Positions 52,201-64,000 of a DNA stretch of 64,000 nucleotides are shown here, in pieces. The stretch lies in assembly GCA_023213395.1 (NCBI GenBank), contig CM041465.1, positions 196,609,741 through 196,673,740 of the forward strand, given 5' to 3'. Source of the DNA: Cycas panzhihuaensis (lineage: Eukaryota; Plantae; Cycadophyta). The position numbers were made by a program, and so were the translations under genes. Each line of letters starts with the position of its first letter. The stretch's first letter is position 1. Under the pieces are notes generated by a model. The model made no database searches. It was given only the letters and a program-made list of their open reading frames with translations, and had not been told where the DNA came from.

Positions 52201-54793
52201 GTGTCACATACTTCCTTCAATGTTATTACTTTACTAAAACTTAGGAATATATAATCCTCCAAAGTATAAAAGATGAATGCAAGTGCTTTGTTATATCTCT
52301 TTTCATTCTTCTTTAAGTTTTTCTTCTCATCCTTAGTGGCATTTTCAGAAAGCGCTCCATAACCTATTTCAATAAGCTCCCATATATCTTTGTCTATAAA
52401 AATTAGTTTTGTACATATACTCTAATTGAGGCAATTAGTGCCACCAAACTTGGGCACTATAACATTACCAATATTTAATGCTATAATCAAAAAGTTACCT
52501 TGAAAAATAATTATTTGAAAAGTAAAGTGCTTGCAAGAAAGTGTTAGAAAATAACTAAAAATAACTAATAAAAAGTCACTCAAGGGCAATCAAGACTTGT
52601 CCCACTTCAACTTTGGGACTTAGACAAATATCCTAATTGGGATTCAACCACCTCCAAAACAAATTTTTATATTAATAAGAGTTTACAAACTAAAATTTTT
52701 CTAGTTTATATAAAGAACATCACATAGGAAGCCTAAAACTTGTGCCAACTTTGAGCATTAAAATGTTACATTAAATGGCTTCAAAATTTTTTGAAGTTTT
52801 ATCTATTCTATAGAGTATAGAAAAAGGAATCCAACATTTCAAATAAGACTTAATTTCAACATAAGATGACCAAGATATACATTAAAATATCCAAGGAGAA
52901 ATTAGCCTTTTAATATATAAGGCTAAAAAAAATTTATATCAAATTGAACCATTAAAAAAGATATCAAATTAAAACCAAATATGGTTGTATGGCCACTCAT
53001 TTCATTTGGATGGAAGTATACTTTATCTTGAAGCTGACAGAACTAAAATTTTACTTTGATGGTGATAATTATGGTCAATGGAGCAAAGATACGTGTTGAT
53101 CTTGAAATAGCCTCTTTGAAAATGAATTAGCTCCCCTTTGAAAAAATGATTCTTGGTCACCTAACTACTAAATGTAACATGTTGCTAAGTGATAAAAGTG
53201 GGGGCTATAGATGATGGACTCTACAAAAAAATTGAATTTCTTCAAAAAGGAATGATTGCTCTAATAGTTGTCTATTTCTCTTATAGAAATGTGTCAAAAT
53301 GAGAGATCTAAATATGATTCATGGACTCGATTAAGGTATATTTATAATGAACAATCTTATGAGCCAAAGTAGACAAAGAGAAATGGTAGAAGACATAAAA
53401 TATTATGAAATACTTTCAAATAAAAAAAGTTAACTTTAATATTTCAATAAACTTCATGAAAAAATGATTAATAAGGACACAAATACTAATCCATTAGCAT
53501 CTTACACAGGTCTGTAGATGCCTACAGTAGTGACGTATCAATAAATACTCAGCTGTAATACAATTGGTAAATAACACAACCATATGATTTATGAATCCAT
53601 GTTTAAGGTCTGAATAAATAAGAGTTACAAAGATATCAATGCACGTAGATATTATGAGATTGTGTGTAAATAAAAATCACCCAAATTAATAATGTTTGCA
53701 TGTAAATAAAAATTACCCCAAATCAATAATCTTTTGTGTATATTGATATTTGCATAAAATTAAAAGAGTGTATAAACGTCAGTAGTTGAATATTTTGAGT
53801 GCAGATTTATGTGGAGGGCTTTGTTTCTTCATTGTTTCTTCCTTGGTGTTCAATGGAGAGATGCTCTAGCTTCAACACTTCTAGTGTGGGCATATTCTAG
53901 GAGCTTTCTAAGGGAGGTGGCATTCATTTATTTGGTAATTCAATGAGTTTATACTCATATTCAGGATTCTTCTCCATTTAGTTTTACATGAGCACAAGTG
54001 TATGTAGAGATCTGATCTAGAAAGTTATGCCTATACTCAATGAAAAGCACAAGAATGCAAAGTTTATAAGAAAATAAATCGATGCAGCAATTGTATTGAA
54101 AACATAAACATAATGTAGATTTTCTGTAAGAGTCATGGGCTATAGCTAGTGATCAAACAGAGAATATTAATAGAGATTTAGTAGTTTAGATAAGAAGAAT
54201 AAAGAATTGTTTGGCATTGCTATGGATTGGAGAGAGAAAGGATTGGAAACTAGAGCCACAACAGAAGCAATAATTGCTGCTTCTCAACAATATAGAACTT
54301 AGTTATTGGATGATGATTCTACTAGTAGAATTGAAGAGGAAAGATTGCATCTTCTTCCAAGTATTCATCTACCTAATGTTAATATTAATCTCCTTACTTC
54401 ATGAAAAAATAGGCTCTGCATACATTGATTTTCAAATTTAGATGTTAATAAAGATTGAAACTATAACAAATAGACACACTCAATTATGATGAATGCAAAA
54501 AAAAAGTGTATTACCAAGAGAAGATTCTAATAATAAATCTATTATCAAATCCAAACAAATATCAGGCTAACAAAGATAAGCAAACCTATAAAGGTTAATC
54601 ATATATATACAAATAAATAAGAGAGTGTATATATACCATCTGTATATGTAACAAACTTTTCTCAAGACTCCTTTATAGATGGATTCTTGAATATGGCTCT
54701 GAACTCCTGAGCAATGGCTCTACAAATAAGGAATTTAACTTCTACAAATAAGGAAGATAACTCTAAATGCTTAAATGAAGCTTTGATTCCAAA

Positions 54794-55132
54794 TGATAGA
54801 ATAAGGGGATAGAGCGAATAGAATGAGAATTTAGATTGGAGTAAACCATCAATCCCATAAGAGTGGTGGTGTTGATGAATACTGAGATTTTCAAACCCCA
54901 TGAATAAATAAGCAAGACTTGAGCAGGATGTGGCACACCACTCAAAGTTTACATTCAACTGGCATTGATAAATAAGGTATATGCTACTACCAAGATCTAA
55001 CATAGTGTGGCTAAGCATAGCTAGGATCTGGCATAGTGCTAACACAATATCTCTGTCAATCTAGGTTATTGGCTTAATGTAGGTAATCAACCCAAGGAAG
55101 ATATAAACCCTAATATGGGTATTATTTTAACA
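54794..55132 (-). repeat. 5' LTR of copia J
   Basis: TGATAG...TTAACA, next to the PBS and TSD. Confidence 0.9.
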
Positions 55133-55357
55133 GCCACTTTAGAATCCTTAATTATTTTCCTTGCTCATAATAGTATAGAAGGACCTAGTGCTGGAGGTAC
55201 TTCTTCATATGATGGCTCTTCACCATTACTCATTGCACTTAGTCCAGCTTCTTCTTGAATTCTAGTAATTCGCTTATCGTCCTTTCCAACTGATGAATCT
55301 AGAAATGGAAGTAGTGGGGGGTAAAAAGGCTCTTTTGATGACTCATTAGTATGATAC

Positions 55358-58300
55358 AGTTTCTTGGCTACCAGGAATGGGCAGCAGTGACACCTCTCAA
55401 GTAAGTACAAGTATACATCTCCACCTCTTACCCTATTCACTTTGATGCCATAATAAGATGTGTTTACAATTCTAGTGATGTGACATATTTGTATAGATTG
55501 TTTTGATGACTAGTTTGCTTGTCTAATACTTGCATGTGATTGTATTTCAGCCTATGATGACCTAGGACCACAATCCTATGGCACTACATAACTCCAAGAG
55601 ATACCTTCCTAGAGTTTACGAGTACTTTTGACTCACTTCTAGCCTATTGTATGGTCTCCCTAGTGGGTACTTAATTTACTTACCTACTTACACACTTTTA
55701 CATCATTATTAATACTTAATCTTCACCCTATTTACATATTTAGGAAGCCTAACCATTGCCTAAAGGCCCTAAAAGACCCTTACTAGTCCACCAAACTCTA
55801 CTTTTGCACCCTAGGACTGATCATTTGGGGATTCCCTAGGTCTTTTTTTTTTTTCTATGTTTTCCTCATACCATTGTAAAGTTTGCAGTAACGTTGCAAT
55901 ATTCGTGGTACCATGAAGTTTGTCATGGGACGATTGTCCATTAGTTGCCATAACTTGAAAATAGATAGATTTGCATTTATTGCAAATCTAACACATGGTA
56001 GAGGTGTTTTTCTTGCATAAACTAAACTCTAACCCCTTCAAAAACCTAATTCGGATATAAAAACCTAATTTCAAACTCATTCTTACACTCTCATGAACGA
56101 AAATAGCTCTCTTCTCCTACTCGCATTCTCCTTCTCTTACTCCAAGTTCTATAAGGGCAAAACCCTAGTTTGCAAGTCTAAATCAGGCTCTTCTTAGTGA
56201 GATCATTCTTCTCTTGTGTTCAGCCAAGCAGTAGCAACTAGTTTGTTGGATCAAAAGCTCTTTCCTCCTCCAAAAGGGCCTATTTCACCAAAGGGAAATA
56301 GGTTTTTAGGCTCCATCGCCCTTGGTAGTAAAGAAATTTCTGATTTAAGCAATTTTTAATGGTTAAAAGCATGTTGTCCTCCATTATTTCTCTCTTTAAT
56401 CTATTTTTCTCCTGATTTTATTTATTTGCATGATCTTTTCCACATATTTTCTTTAATATTTATCAAGCAAAAGAGAGGTAAACCCTCTCCTCCTACTTAG
56501 CCACTATTAGTCTATCCCTAGGTTTCTACTAGCTAATAGTAGGCCAGGCTTTGGATAGTTTGGGAAGGTAAGAGAGGTACATACAACTAGAGTTCTAACT
56601 CCTATAGTTGCCTCTCCTAGGGCGTCCCCTTCTTCTCAATCTTCTTTTATTCCTTACCTGCTACTCACGCTAATAAACCTTGTAGGGTGTGATCCATACA
56701 CGTTGGCAACTTCATGATATTTGGGACATTCATCTTTTTCTCTCTTAGTATATATGTATGCCATGCTTGGTTAACTATTGTGCTTTACCCTCATTATTCC
56801 CTTTTGTAAATGTTTGCAACTTTTTCAATTTTATAGCTTTTACAACTTTTACAATGCTCCTCAAACCCTTGCACATGCTTTCTTCCTTACAACCTTTGTC
56901 ATTATTCATATTACCTATACAAGATCCAATCTTTGAAAGGTGTTCCATTTATAGGAGCTAGCCATTCTAAGGCTACTATCCTCTTCTCCTTCAACCCCCT
57001 TTTTCCCAAAGGGTGTACGAGAACATTATTATATGTGAAGAAAAATAACATACTTTTTTCTTTTATCTTTTGGCATACAAGGTGACATTGATTTTTACTT
57101 TGGTATGACACACACACACACACACACAACTATATACATGCATACACATGTTTATTGCTTGTGAGGTTTACTTGTACACAAGATAAGGTATCCTCCCAGG
57201 CAAATGAAGTTGCACCATAATAAAGAGGTATAGTTCTCATTTTCATCTCTACTTCCTTTTTATTTTCTTTTCAGAATTGTTTCATTTTTATTTCATTTCT
57301 TTATAAATACTTTAGGGAAGATAAGGGAGCCCCTTTTACGACTCCACCTATAATTCTCGTTATGGTTTGGAGCACGGAGCCATGAGTGAAGGAGGAGGCA
57401 TGAGATAAGGGAGTACATCACCACATCAATTGACATATTTCTTAGTGCACTTCTCACAAACTCTTTTCTCTCCCTCCTTTTATTCCCCCCTTTCCTAAAA
57501 GAAATCTACTTATGCATGCACTTAGGTTGTAGCCCTCCCTTTTTATATATTTACACTCATAGGAAAAGGGTATAAAGGGTATATGTATAAGCATGCACTC
57601 ATGTCTTTCTACTTCCTCTCCTTATTGTGAAAAGAATAAGATGATAAGGATCTTTATTTTCTCCTTTACTTACATATGCATAGAAAGGTGGCATGAATAG
57701 ATGCATTTTCTTTTAGCAAAGAAAATGATAAACTAACAAACGAATCCTCCTTTCCTAGCCATCACTTCTTTGAATCTTGCATATGTGCATGCACATAGGG
57801 ATAAAGTTGGGGAGACATAATTGAAGGCATTTCCTTTTTGCATAAAAAGAAAGCATCAAAAGAAAGAGTCATATAAATCATTTCTCTCTACCCTCTCTTT
57901 TGCCTCCTTGAATTAATTTCTTAATGAAAGGAAAAGAAAGTGAGCCTAAAAGAGAGTCTTTGTTATTTATATATGTTTTTTTCTTAAGGCCAAGACTTTG
58001 ATTTTGCTAGATCATCTCACAACTAAAATAAGGGAAATCACCTAAACCCTTAGCATAACTAGACAAACCTCGTATTTAGACCAGACCCTAAGGGCAAACC
58101 CTTTAGGTAACCTTAAAGGCAATCCCTAAGAGTCTTATCCCTCAAGTTCAGGTCCTGTATATACCAAACCTCTCCTTTTCCTTCAACCAACCACTTCTTT
58201 CCTCTTGTTGCTAGGTTTATTTTCCATAAGGAACTATCATCCCCTCTTCTCCGCCTTAGAAGGAGGCCTTTTCTCTCCTCTCTTTCACCTTAAGGGTAGA

Positions 58301-58544
58301 AGGGCCCATTCATAGCTACTCGGTAATCTAAGGATACCCTTACCCAATCCAAATCTAGGAAGGTACTCATACAAAGGGGAATGTCTTAAGTGTTATTTGT
58401 GGGTCCTTTAACTTGTGTTTCGATGTGTAGACACCCTTTGAGGATGACCTATCCTCCCTTCTGAGACCCTTAAGCCCCTTATTGTAGTTGTAATATTGGC
58501 TTAGGTTCTCTTATCCATAATGACCCCTCAGAGATATGCTTCCA
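55358..58544 (+). repeat. 5' LTR of F (~3190 bp); contains (CA)10 at ~57108-57128
   Basis: Starts (A/T)GTTTCTTGGCTACCAGGAATGG, compared with D TGTTTCCTAGCTACCGGGAATGG; ends GCTTCCA before the PBS. Confidence 0.88.
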
Positions 58545-58545
58545 T

Positions 58546-58564
58546 TGGCAACCATACTGGGGAC
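58546..58564 (+). promoter_or_regulatory. PBS of F (tRNA-Arg type)
   Basis: TGGCAACCATACTGGGGAC, one base after the LTR-terminal CA. Confidence 0.85.
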
Positions 58565-58708
58565 TTATAGTAAGGGAACATTATGATTTCCCTTATGTTA
58601 GCATTGCCCTTCTCCTTTGGTTTATTCCTTCTAGATTTGTTGGGCAATCCCTAACATCTTTTCTTTGTTTTTATCCTTGCCTCTTCTAAAGTTCTAGGTA
58701 AAACTTAA

Positions 58709-61700
58709 ATGCGATGATTTTCTCATCCCTACAAGGTCTTCCTCTCTCTTTGGAAAAATCTCCTTATTCCTCCCTTCCCTTATTTAATTCTAAATCAACC
58801 ATAAAGGGGTATCCCTCAGAATGGGCATATCATGCCTATGTTTCTGAGACCCAACAACAAACCTCAACTTCATTTTAGGGTCCCACCTAAGATGGTAATG
58901 ACCTTATATTTTATCTGGGTGACTAATAACACTTATATTTCCATCATCTCCCCACGCATGACGTGGGTGTGTCATCTTCCATGGGGCATCACTACCTTGG
59001 TGAGAATACCATGAGGATCGACCTATGGGGTCCACTTCATATGAAGACCCTTCCACCTCATACAAGCAAGTGGGAACCCCTCCCGCAAATGTTGTAGAAG
59101 CATTGCAATAATGCTTCTAGGCTACAAGCATTTAATCACCTCCAAAGTAGTTGGAAAGCATCCTGCATAGCATGGCACCTCCTCCTTCTTCATCTACACC
59201 TCCTTGTTCTTCTTAATCCATATTAATATCTATGGTAGGGTCATCCCCTATTGTTCCTTTTTCTTTATACATCCCTCATACCCTAGGGACTATCTAAGGT
59301 ATACTTACATCTTAAATTGGGTTGAGTATACCTCATCCTAGTCAAGCAACCACACCCCAACCAATTGTGGCTTATGCCCCTATTACCCAACCTAGGGGAC
59401 CCTCATATCCCTCTACTTCAAACCATGTAGGATCTATCCCTATATGCCCTTAATCTCAATCTAGGGATTCTTCCCTCTACCTACCCCTGAGATACACATC
59501 CCAACCATATGGGCATGGAAAGGGAAATCTCCTTCCTATCTATAGGGTGGACTCTCTCCACCCATATGGTGTCGCACCTCCTATAGGTGGCCTATATGGG
59601 TAGAACCCCATTCCACACCCATCTATTTTGTCTTCATGTATAACCTCATACATGATGCCTTCGCAAGGAGGGTTTGCCCCTCCTCAAGGCTCTTTTCCCC
59701 AAGTCTCCTCTCAATAAGGGGTATATCCATAAGGAGGAGTGGGCCCCTCCTATCCACTTACCTCCATTTTAGCCTCCTCTCTGATAGGAATGGTCCCTTC
59801 CCACCAAACGAGAGGGAACCTATATCCCTCTTATAGCCAAACCTTTCAAGGAGGATTTGGATATCTATACCCACCTCCTCCTCCTTCTTTCATCAACCCA
59901 TTAGCTCAATGAAGGGTTTATCTTTTTGTTGCTTATAGGTTGACCCCTCTATCTATTGAGGCTTTAAGGACAAACTTACCACCTCATCCCCCTAAGGTAC
60001 CCAAATTTTATGGAGCCTCGTCACAGGACCCAATCGAGCATGTAAGGAGCTTCTCCATGGCATGTATTGACTACTAGGCCTACGACCATATCCTAATGAA
60101 GCTCTTCCCTCGTTATTTATAAGAAGATACACTTAAGTGGTTCCATCATCTCCCTGCCAATTCCATTTGGTCTTTTTAATGATTGGTGGATGAATTCATC
60201 AACTACTTTGATGTAGCTTATCTTTTTTTAGAGTGGAATAAAAACCCTACTCTCACTCAAGTAATGTCATGAGGAAATGAATCATGACTTCGTGAGACCT
60301 TTCATGACCTTCTACATTCCAAAAAGGCCACATTACTGAAGAGTTGAAGAGGGATATCCTCATGAATGCCCTCAACCATGAGGTCTACATTGAAGTACTC
60401 AAAATGGGGGTAATAATGTACACTATGTTGAAGTCCTTAAAATGGGGGCAACAACGTGTGACTCTACCATAGCTAAGTGCTTAGTGTTAAAGGCTATTGA
60501 GATCTAAGAAGGACTCAAGAAACCTCTTAAGTTGTCACAACAATTAGAGGCACCCCCTTCATTGCATGACTAAAAATCCCAACAACCCCAAGGTCTTCTA
60601 TGCACTCAATGAAGAAGACCTTAGACCCTTTGACTTCTGTTATATGCTCATTTGAGCATATGATGAAGGAGCTTAAGCTCTAACCTCCTTCATCATCTTC
60701 ATATTCTCATAGATTAGTCCATGAGGCCTCCTAGGCTACACTTCCTAAAAATAGAAATGCCCACTCTTCCCAATCTAGGAAGGCCAAACCTTCCTTAGAG
60801 AATAAATCATATTTCGTTCACGGTGAGTGTTTCCATGAGAACTTCCAGTGTTAGGCGCAACACCTAGAGCTTGCCCCACCTCAAGATTCTTCTCCTAGAC
60901 AGGCATCTAATCCTAATTTAGACCAACCTATCCATTATGATCCCTTTCCTAAACATGGAGAATAGGATCAGCGTACTTAGGGTAAGGGAAACAGGAATAG
61001 AGGATGATCCCCTAACCCCCCTCCCATGAAAGCAAAAGGGAAAGGAGTAAGGAACTCTTCCTCACCTCTCGATCCCTGTCCTCAAGCCTCTTAATCCTGC
61101 AACAAGGGAAAGAGAGTCATTTAAATGCTTGAGACCACTCCTTTGTTTATCGTTACCAAGTCTTAAGTAGCCAAAGAGGTCATTGGGACCTCCTCTTCTT
61201 AACCAGACTTTTCTATAGATCCTTCACCTTCTGAGATTTCAACACATCCCAAAATTATTCTTCTCTGCCTAGGTCGTTATGATTTCTTAAGGGCCCTTTC
61301 CCAACATACTGGGAAAGGGAAATCCTTCTTAATCATTGACAAGCTCCACATTATGGCCACAGGATGTCCATGATGGATGTCTTGTAGAGTTTCCCCAAGC
61401 AACATGCTCTCCTTCTTGAGGTTTTAGGATTGGTTGATGCTCCCATTCATGCTTTGGGTACCACCCCAAACCAGGAACCTCTCATCCTTTATCTTAAATA
61501 CCTCCCTCTAATGAGTGAAATGGAGTGTTAGTGGTACTATCCTTTTACCATATCCATTGATACTCCAAATTGCACTCTTAAGAGAACTATTATAGATAAC
61601 AATTCTTCTATCAATGTTATGTCCTTATGCATAATACAAGAGTTGGGTATAGTAGATCTTGAGACAGTTCCATGGTGTCACCAAGGCTATGATGGTAGTG

Positions 61701-62167
61701 AAAAGATTCCCTTGGGATCTATCTTTATTCCCATCACCCTTAAGGATAAAACTATACTTGCAGATATAGTAGTCCTCGATGTAGATGAGGACTATAATCT
61801 CTTCTTGGGATGCACATGGCTTGACCAGATGGGAGCCATGTGTTCATCCCATTGGGGGCAACTATAATTTATCCATGAAGGATGAATGAAGGTTATTTCC
61901 TTAGAGCCTCCTCCCACTAGACCATTGTATCAATCTCATTAGGTAGCTCATGACCCAGTGAAAGGCAACAAGGGCCCATCCACCTATGCTTCCACCTATA
62001 CGATTGATATTCCTAGCATCTCTAGATCAGAGGAAGGGCCCTCCCCTTCCTCCTCCAACCTTATCTATTTTGCCCCTATTAGTGTAGGGAGTTATGGGTA
62101 CCTCACTATTCTGAGTGACCATGAGTCCAATGATGAGGATAAGGAGCCCCCTCACCCCATATCCCTC
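58709..62167 (+). pseudogene. F gag-protease, disrupted
   Basis: Starts MR(R)...QGLPLSLEK; Gag PKVPKFYGASSQDPIEHVRSFSMACIDY at ~59990-60075; protease ORF 61619-61867 (DYNLFLGCTWLDQMGA). Confidence 0.9.
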
Positions 62168-62550
62168 TGTTAGGGATCCAACCCCTAACTTACCTTCTCT
62201 TATATTCTCTTATATCTTATACTTCTTCTCTCTCTTATATCTTTATTTCTTCTACTTCTTCCCTTTTCTTAATATCCCACATGCATAAGTAGAAGGTTGT
62301 GTAGTGGTCATTGAGTACTATATATATTTATGTAATATCCCACATGCATAAGGAGGCAGTTGAGTAGTAATCATAGAGACATATATATATTTATGTAATC
62401 CGTAGAGTATGGTATCTTGAATATCATTGTTATTTGCATGTAATTGGGAGGTTGCCCCCTCGAAGGGTATTGCAATATAAGTGCTCTTTTGGAGTTATTT
62501 GCTTATTATATTGGTGTGCAATTATCATTAAGGAGTGGTATCCTACCAAG

Positions 62551-62562
62551 TGGTATCAGAGC
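62551..62562 (+). promoter_or_regulatory. PBS (tRNA-iMet) of K
   Basis: Exact TGGTATCAGAGC, 2 nt after the LTR end. Confidence 0.95.
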
Positions 62563-63473
62563 GGTCGATCCATTCCTTGTGGTAGAGTCAAGGTACTAAA
62601 TAATCAATTTTTTCCATCATTTTTTTCTCATTAGTACCTATTCTCATTTGATTTCCATTTAGTTACTTTATTTTTTAGGGGTAGATAACACTGCAATCGG
62701 GCAGCTACCCTAACACTGCCACTGGGCAGTTCTCTTTTGCATTTAGATAGAGACCTTGTGCTGGGGGTCTATAAATATCACAAGGATCTGTCATTTTGGG
62801 CTAAGTGCATTGTGGCTTTTCCATCATTTACGTGAAGGATTGGAGATCACACTCCTAAATCAACCCTTAGACAGAACTCGGCTCACGGGTGTGCCTCCAC
62901 GTACCTGCAGGTATATAGGAGGACCCCCTAGATAGGCCATCCTAGTATAGGTAACCATAGGAAACCTATTGACCGTCTGTAATTTGTAGTGCACCGGTAA
63001 GCGATTAGCCCTGGGAAGTTACTCTCCACGTACCCTAGAGACAGCGTAGTACAACTACAGAGTAGAGCATTTACCTCTATAAGTTGATACTATTTACATC
63101 TAGGATAAGTATATCGGAGAGCCTACAAACCAGACATGCCCATACCTAGTGTACCTGGTCAGTCTATTAGTGGGTTGTGTGCACTTAGTCAGTCAGTGAG
63201 CCAGTCATCATCTATTTGTTAAATCGAGTATCTCTAACCAGTTTGTCATCAGTTCATGCGCACATAGTCATCGATTGCCCAAAAAGCAAAAAAGCAAAAA
63301 CCAAAAAGCAAAAAAACAAAAAAACAAAAAAAGCAGAAAAGAAAATAATAATAATAATAATAATCCATATTGCCTCATTGTAAAATATTGGGGATAACAG
63401 TCTATAGACACCCCGTCAAATCCTTTTCAGTCACATTTACCAACCAGGATTCCAACTTAGGTCTTATGGACTA

Positions 63474-64000
63474 ATGGCCCCTAAGATGAACCCAAGTTGG
63501 ACTCAAGATCTCAATGATGTTGTTTCACAACTTCGAGAAGATATATTACAAATCCAAAATGACTTCAAAGAAAAATTTGAAGTAGTAATGCTAGAGCTCA
63601 CATCCATGAAACCTCTTAAGGAAGAAAAGAGTGACCTTGATGATACTACTCACATATGTGGGCGTCACTTTGCTAAAGAAGATGAAGGTAATGATGGTAG
63701 GTGCTTTCGTCCAAACTTCCTTTCCAAGGTAGAAATCAAGAAGTTCAATGGCACAGATGCACGTACCTAGATCACCCAAATGGAACAATACTTTTCTCTT
63801 CATCAAGTTCCAACAGATAAGAAGATCCCTCTTGCTTCTCTACACATGGAAATTGAACCCTACGAATGGTACCAATGGGTCATGAAAATAATTAGTGGGC
63901 TTAGTTATCAATGGGAGGGTTTTGTCAAGGATATTATAGCTCAATATTACAGTACCTGGCATGAGGACCACTTTAACCAGTTAGCTAAAGTTAGACAGGA
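63474..64000 (+). pseudogene. K gag, 5' part, with premature stops
   Basis: SKVEIKKFNGTDART(W>stop)ITQMEQYFSLHQVPTDKKIPLASLHMEIEPYEWYQW is a typical chromovirus Gag; TAG at 63768-63770 replaces TGG. Confidence 0.9.

Larger units (their letters stand above)
48886..55132 (-). mobile_element. Copia element J, RT core deleted, long 5' leader, inserted in I
   Basis: 339-bp LTRs at 48886-49224 and 54794-55132; TSD ACCAC/GCCAC; decayed PBS at 54780-54791; RH 49235-49680, INT 50000-50800, PR ~51000-51400, Gag 51400-52490. Confidence 0.92.
46843..55357 (-). mobile_element. Copia element I (C-like family): 3' LTR 46843-47169, RH and RT 47250-48885, resuming at 55138-55357; host of J and F
   Basis: LTR TGTG...CTAACA followed by PPT TCCCCCTTTAATGT, like C. 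RT motifs VLYVDDLL (48205-48225) and YGLKQAPHA (48330-48355). The reading frame ARKIIKDSKV|VIYTLANKRR continues across the J insertion. Confidence 0.85.
55358..62167 (+). mobile_element. Tat/Ogre-like gypsy element F (relative of D): 5' LTR, PBS, gag and protease; interrupted by K and continuing beyond the window
   Basis: LTR 55358-58544 is reverse-complement similar to the D LTRs. PBS TGGCAACCATACTGGGGAC at 58546-58564. 58565-62167 is colinear with D 32196-28660. Confidence 0.92.
62168..64000 (+). mobile_element. Chromovirus-type (Reina/IFG-like) gypsy element K: 5' LTR 62168-62548, PBS, leader and start of gag; inserted in F
   Basis: TGTTAGGG...CTACCA LTR; perfect PBS TGGTATCAGAGC at 62551-62562. 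Similarity of F to D stops exactly at 62167. Lineage inferred from the Gag sequence only. Confidence 0.88.

Noticed and set aside
54662-55440. 127-aa and 91-aa ORFs
   Set aside because: They run across LTR and insertion junctions (J LTR; I/F boundary), so they are chance or chimeric frames.
1-64000. Host protein-coding genes, tRNA/rRNA, DNA transposons, endogenous caulimovirus
   Set aside because: No recognisable motifs, TIRs or movement/coat protein signatures. All RT/RH sequence fits copia or gypsy with LTR context.

Overview
This is AT-rich eukaryotic DNA, plant-type and most like a large gymnosperm genome (taxon is inferred from the element types). Almost the whole window is a stack of decayed, nested LTR retrotransposons. 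I found no intact host gene, RNA gene or CRISPR array. I resolve about 12 elements. Seven are Ty1/copia, all on the minus strand: A 1127-6303, B ~1004-7090, C 8899-13163, E 35286-40509, H ~42480-46842, I 46843-55357 and J 48886-55132. The Ty3/gypsy Tat/Ogre-like elements are a gag remnant at 1-1000, a pol-less host G (~7090-42477, +), a near-complete element D (17129-40728, -) with ~3.3 kb LTRs, and a relative F (55358-62167+, +). The youngest element is a chromovirus-type gypsy, K (62168-end, +). Nesting read from LTR pairs, PBS/PPT, target-site duplications and interrupted host sequence: B contains A; G contains C and D, and D contains E; H contains I, I contains J and F, and F contains K. 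The most notable feature is an antisense, three-exon gene in the 3' region of D (22465-24543, +). It encodes a Plant Mobile Domain (MAIN/MAIL-type) followed by an acidic tract and a coiled coil, and it has GT-AG introns that restore the frame. Other points of interest: D has a Tat-type RT but no visible additional RNase H; a 26-nt motif sits about 370-390 nt upstream of the PPT in two elements with unrelated LTRs; copia J has a possible second antisense spliced ORF and a Q/G/Y/N prion-like Gag tract. All coding regions are pseudogenised, mainly by C>T/G>A changes. Coordinates of degenerate domains are approximate and were read by eye.
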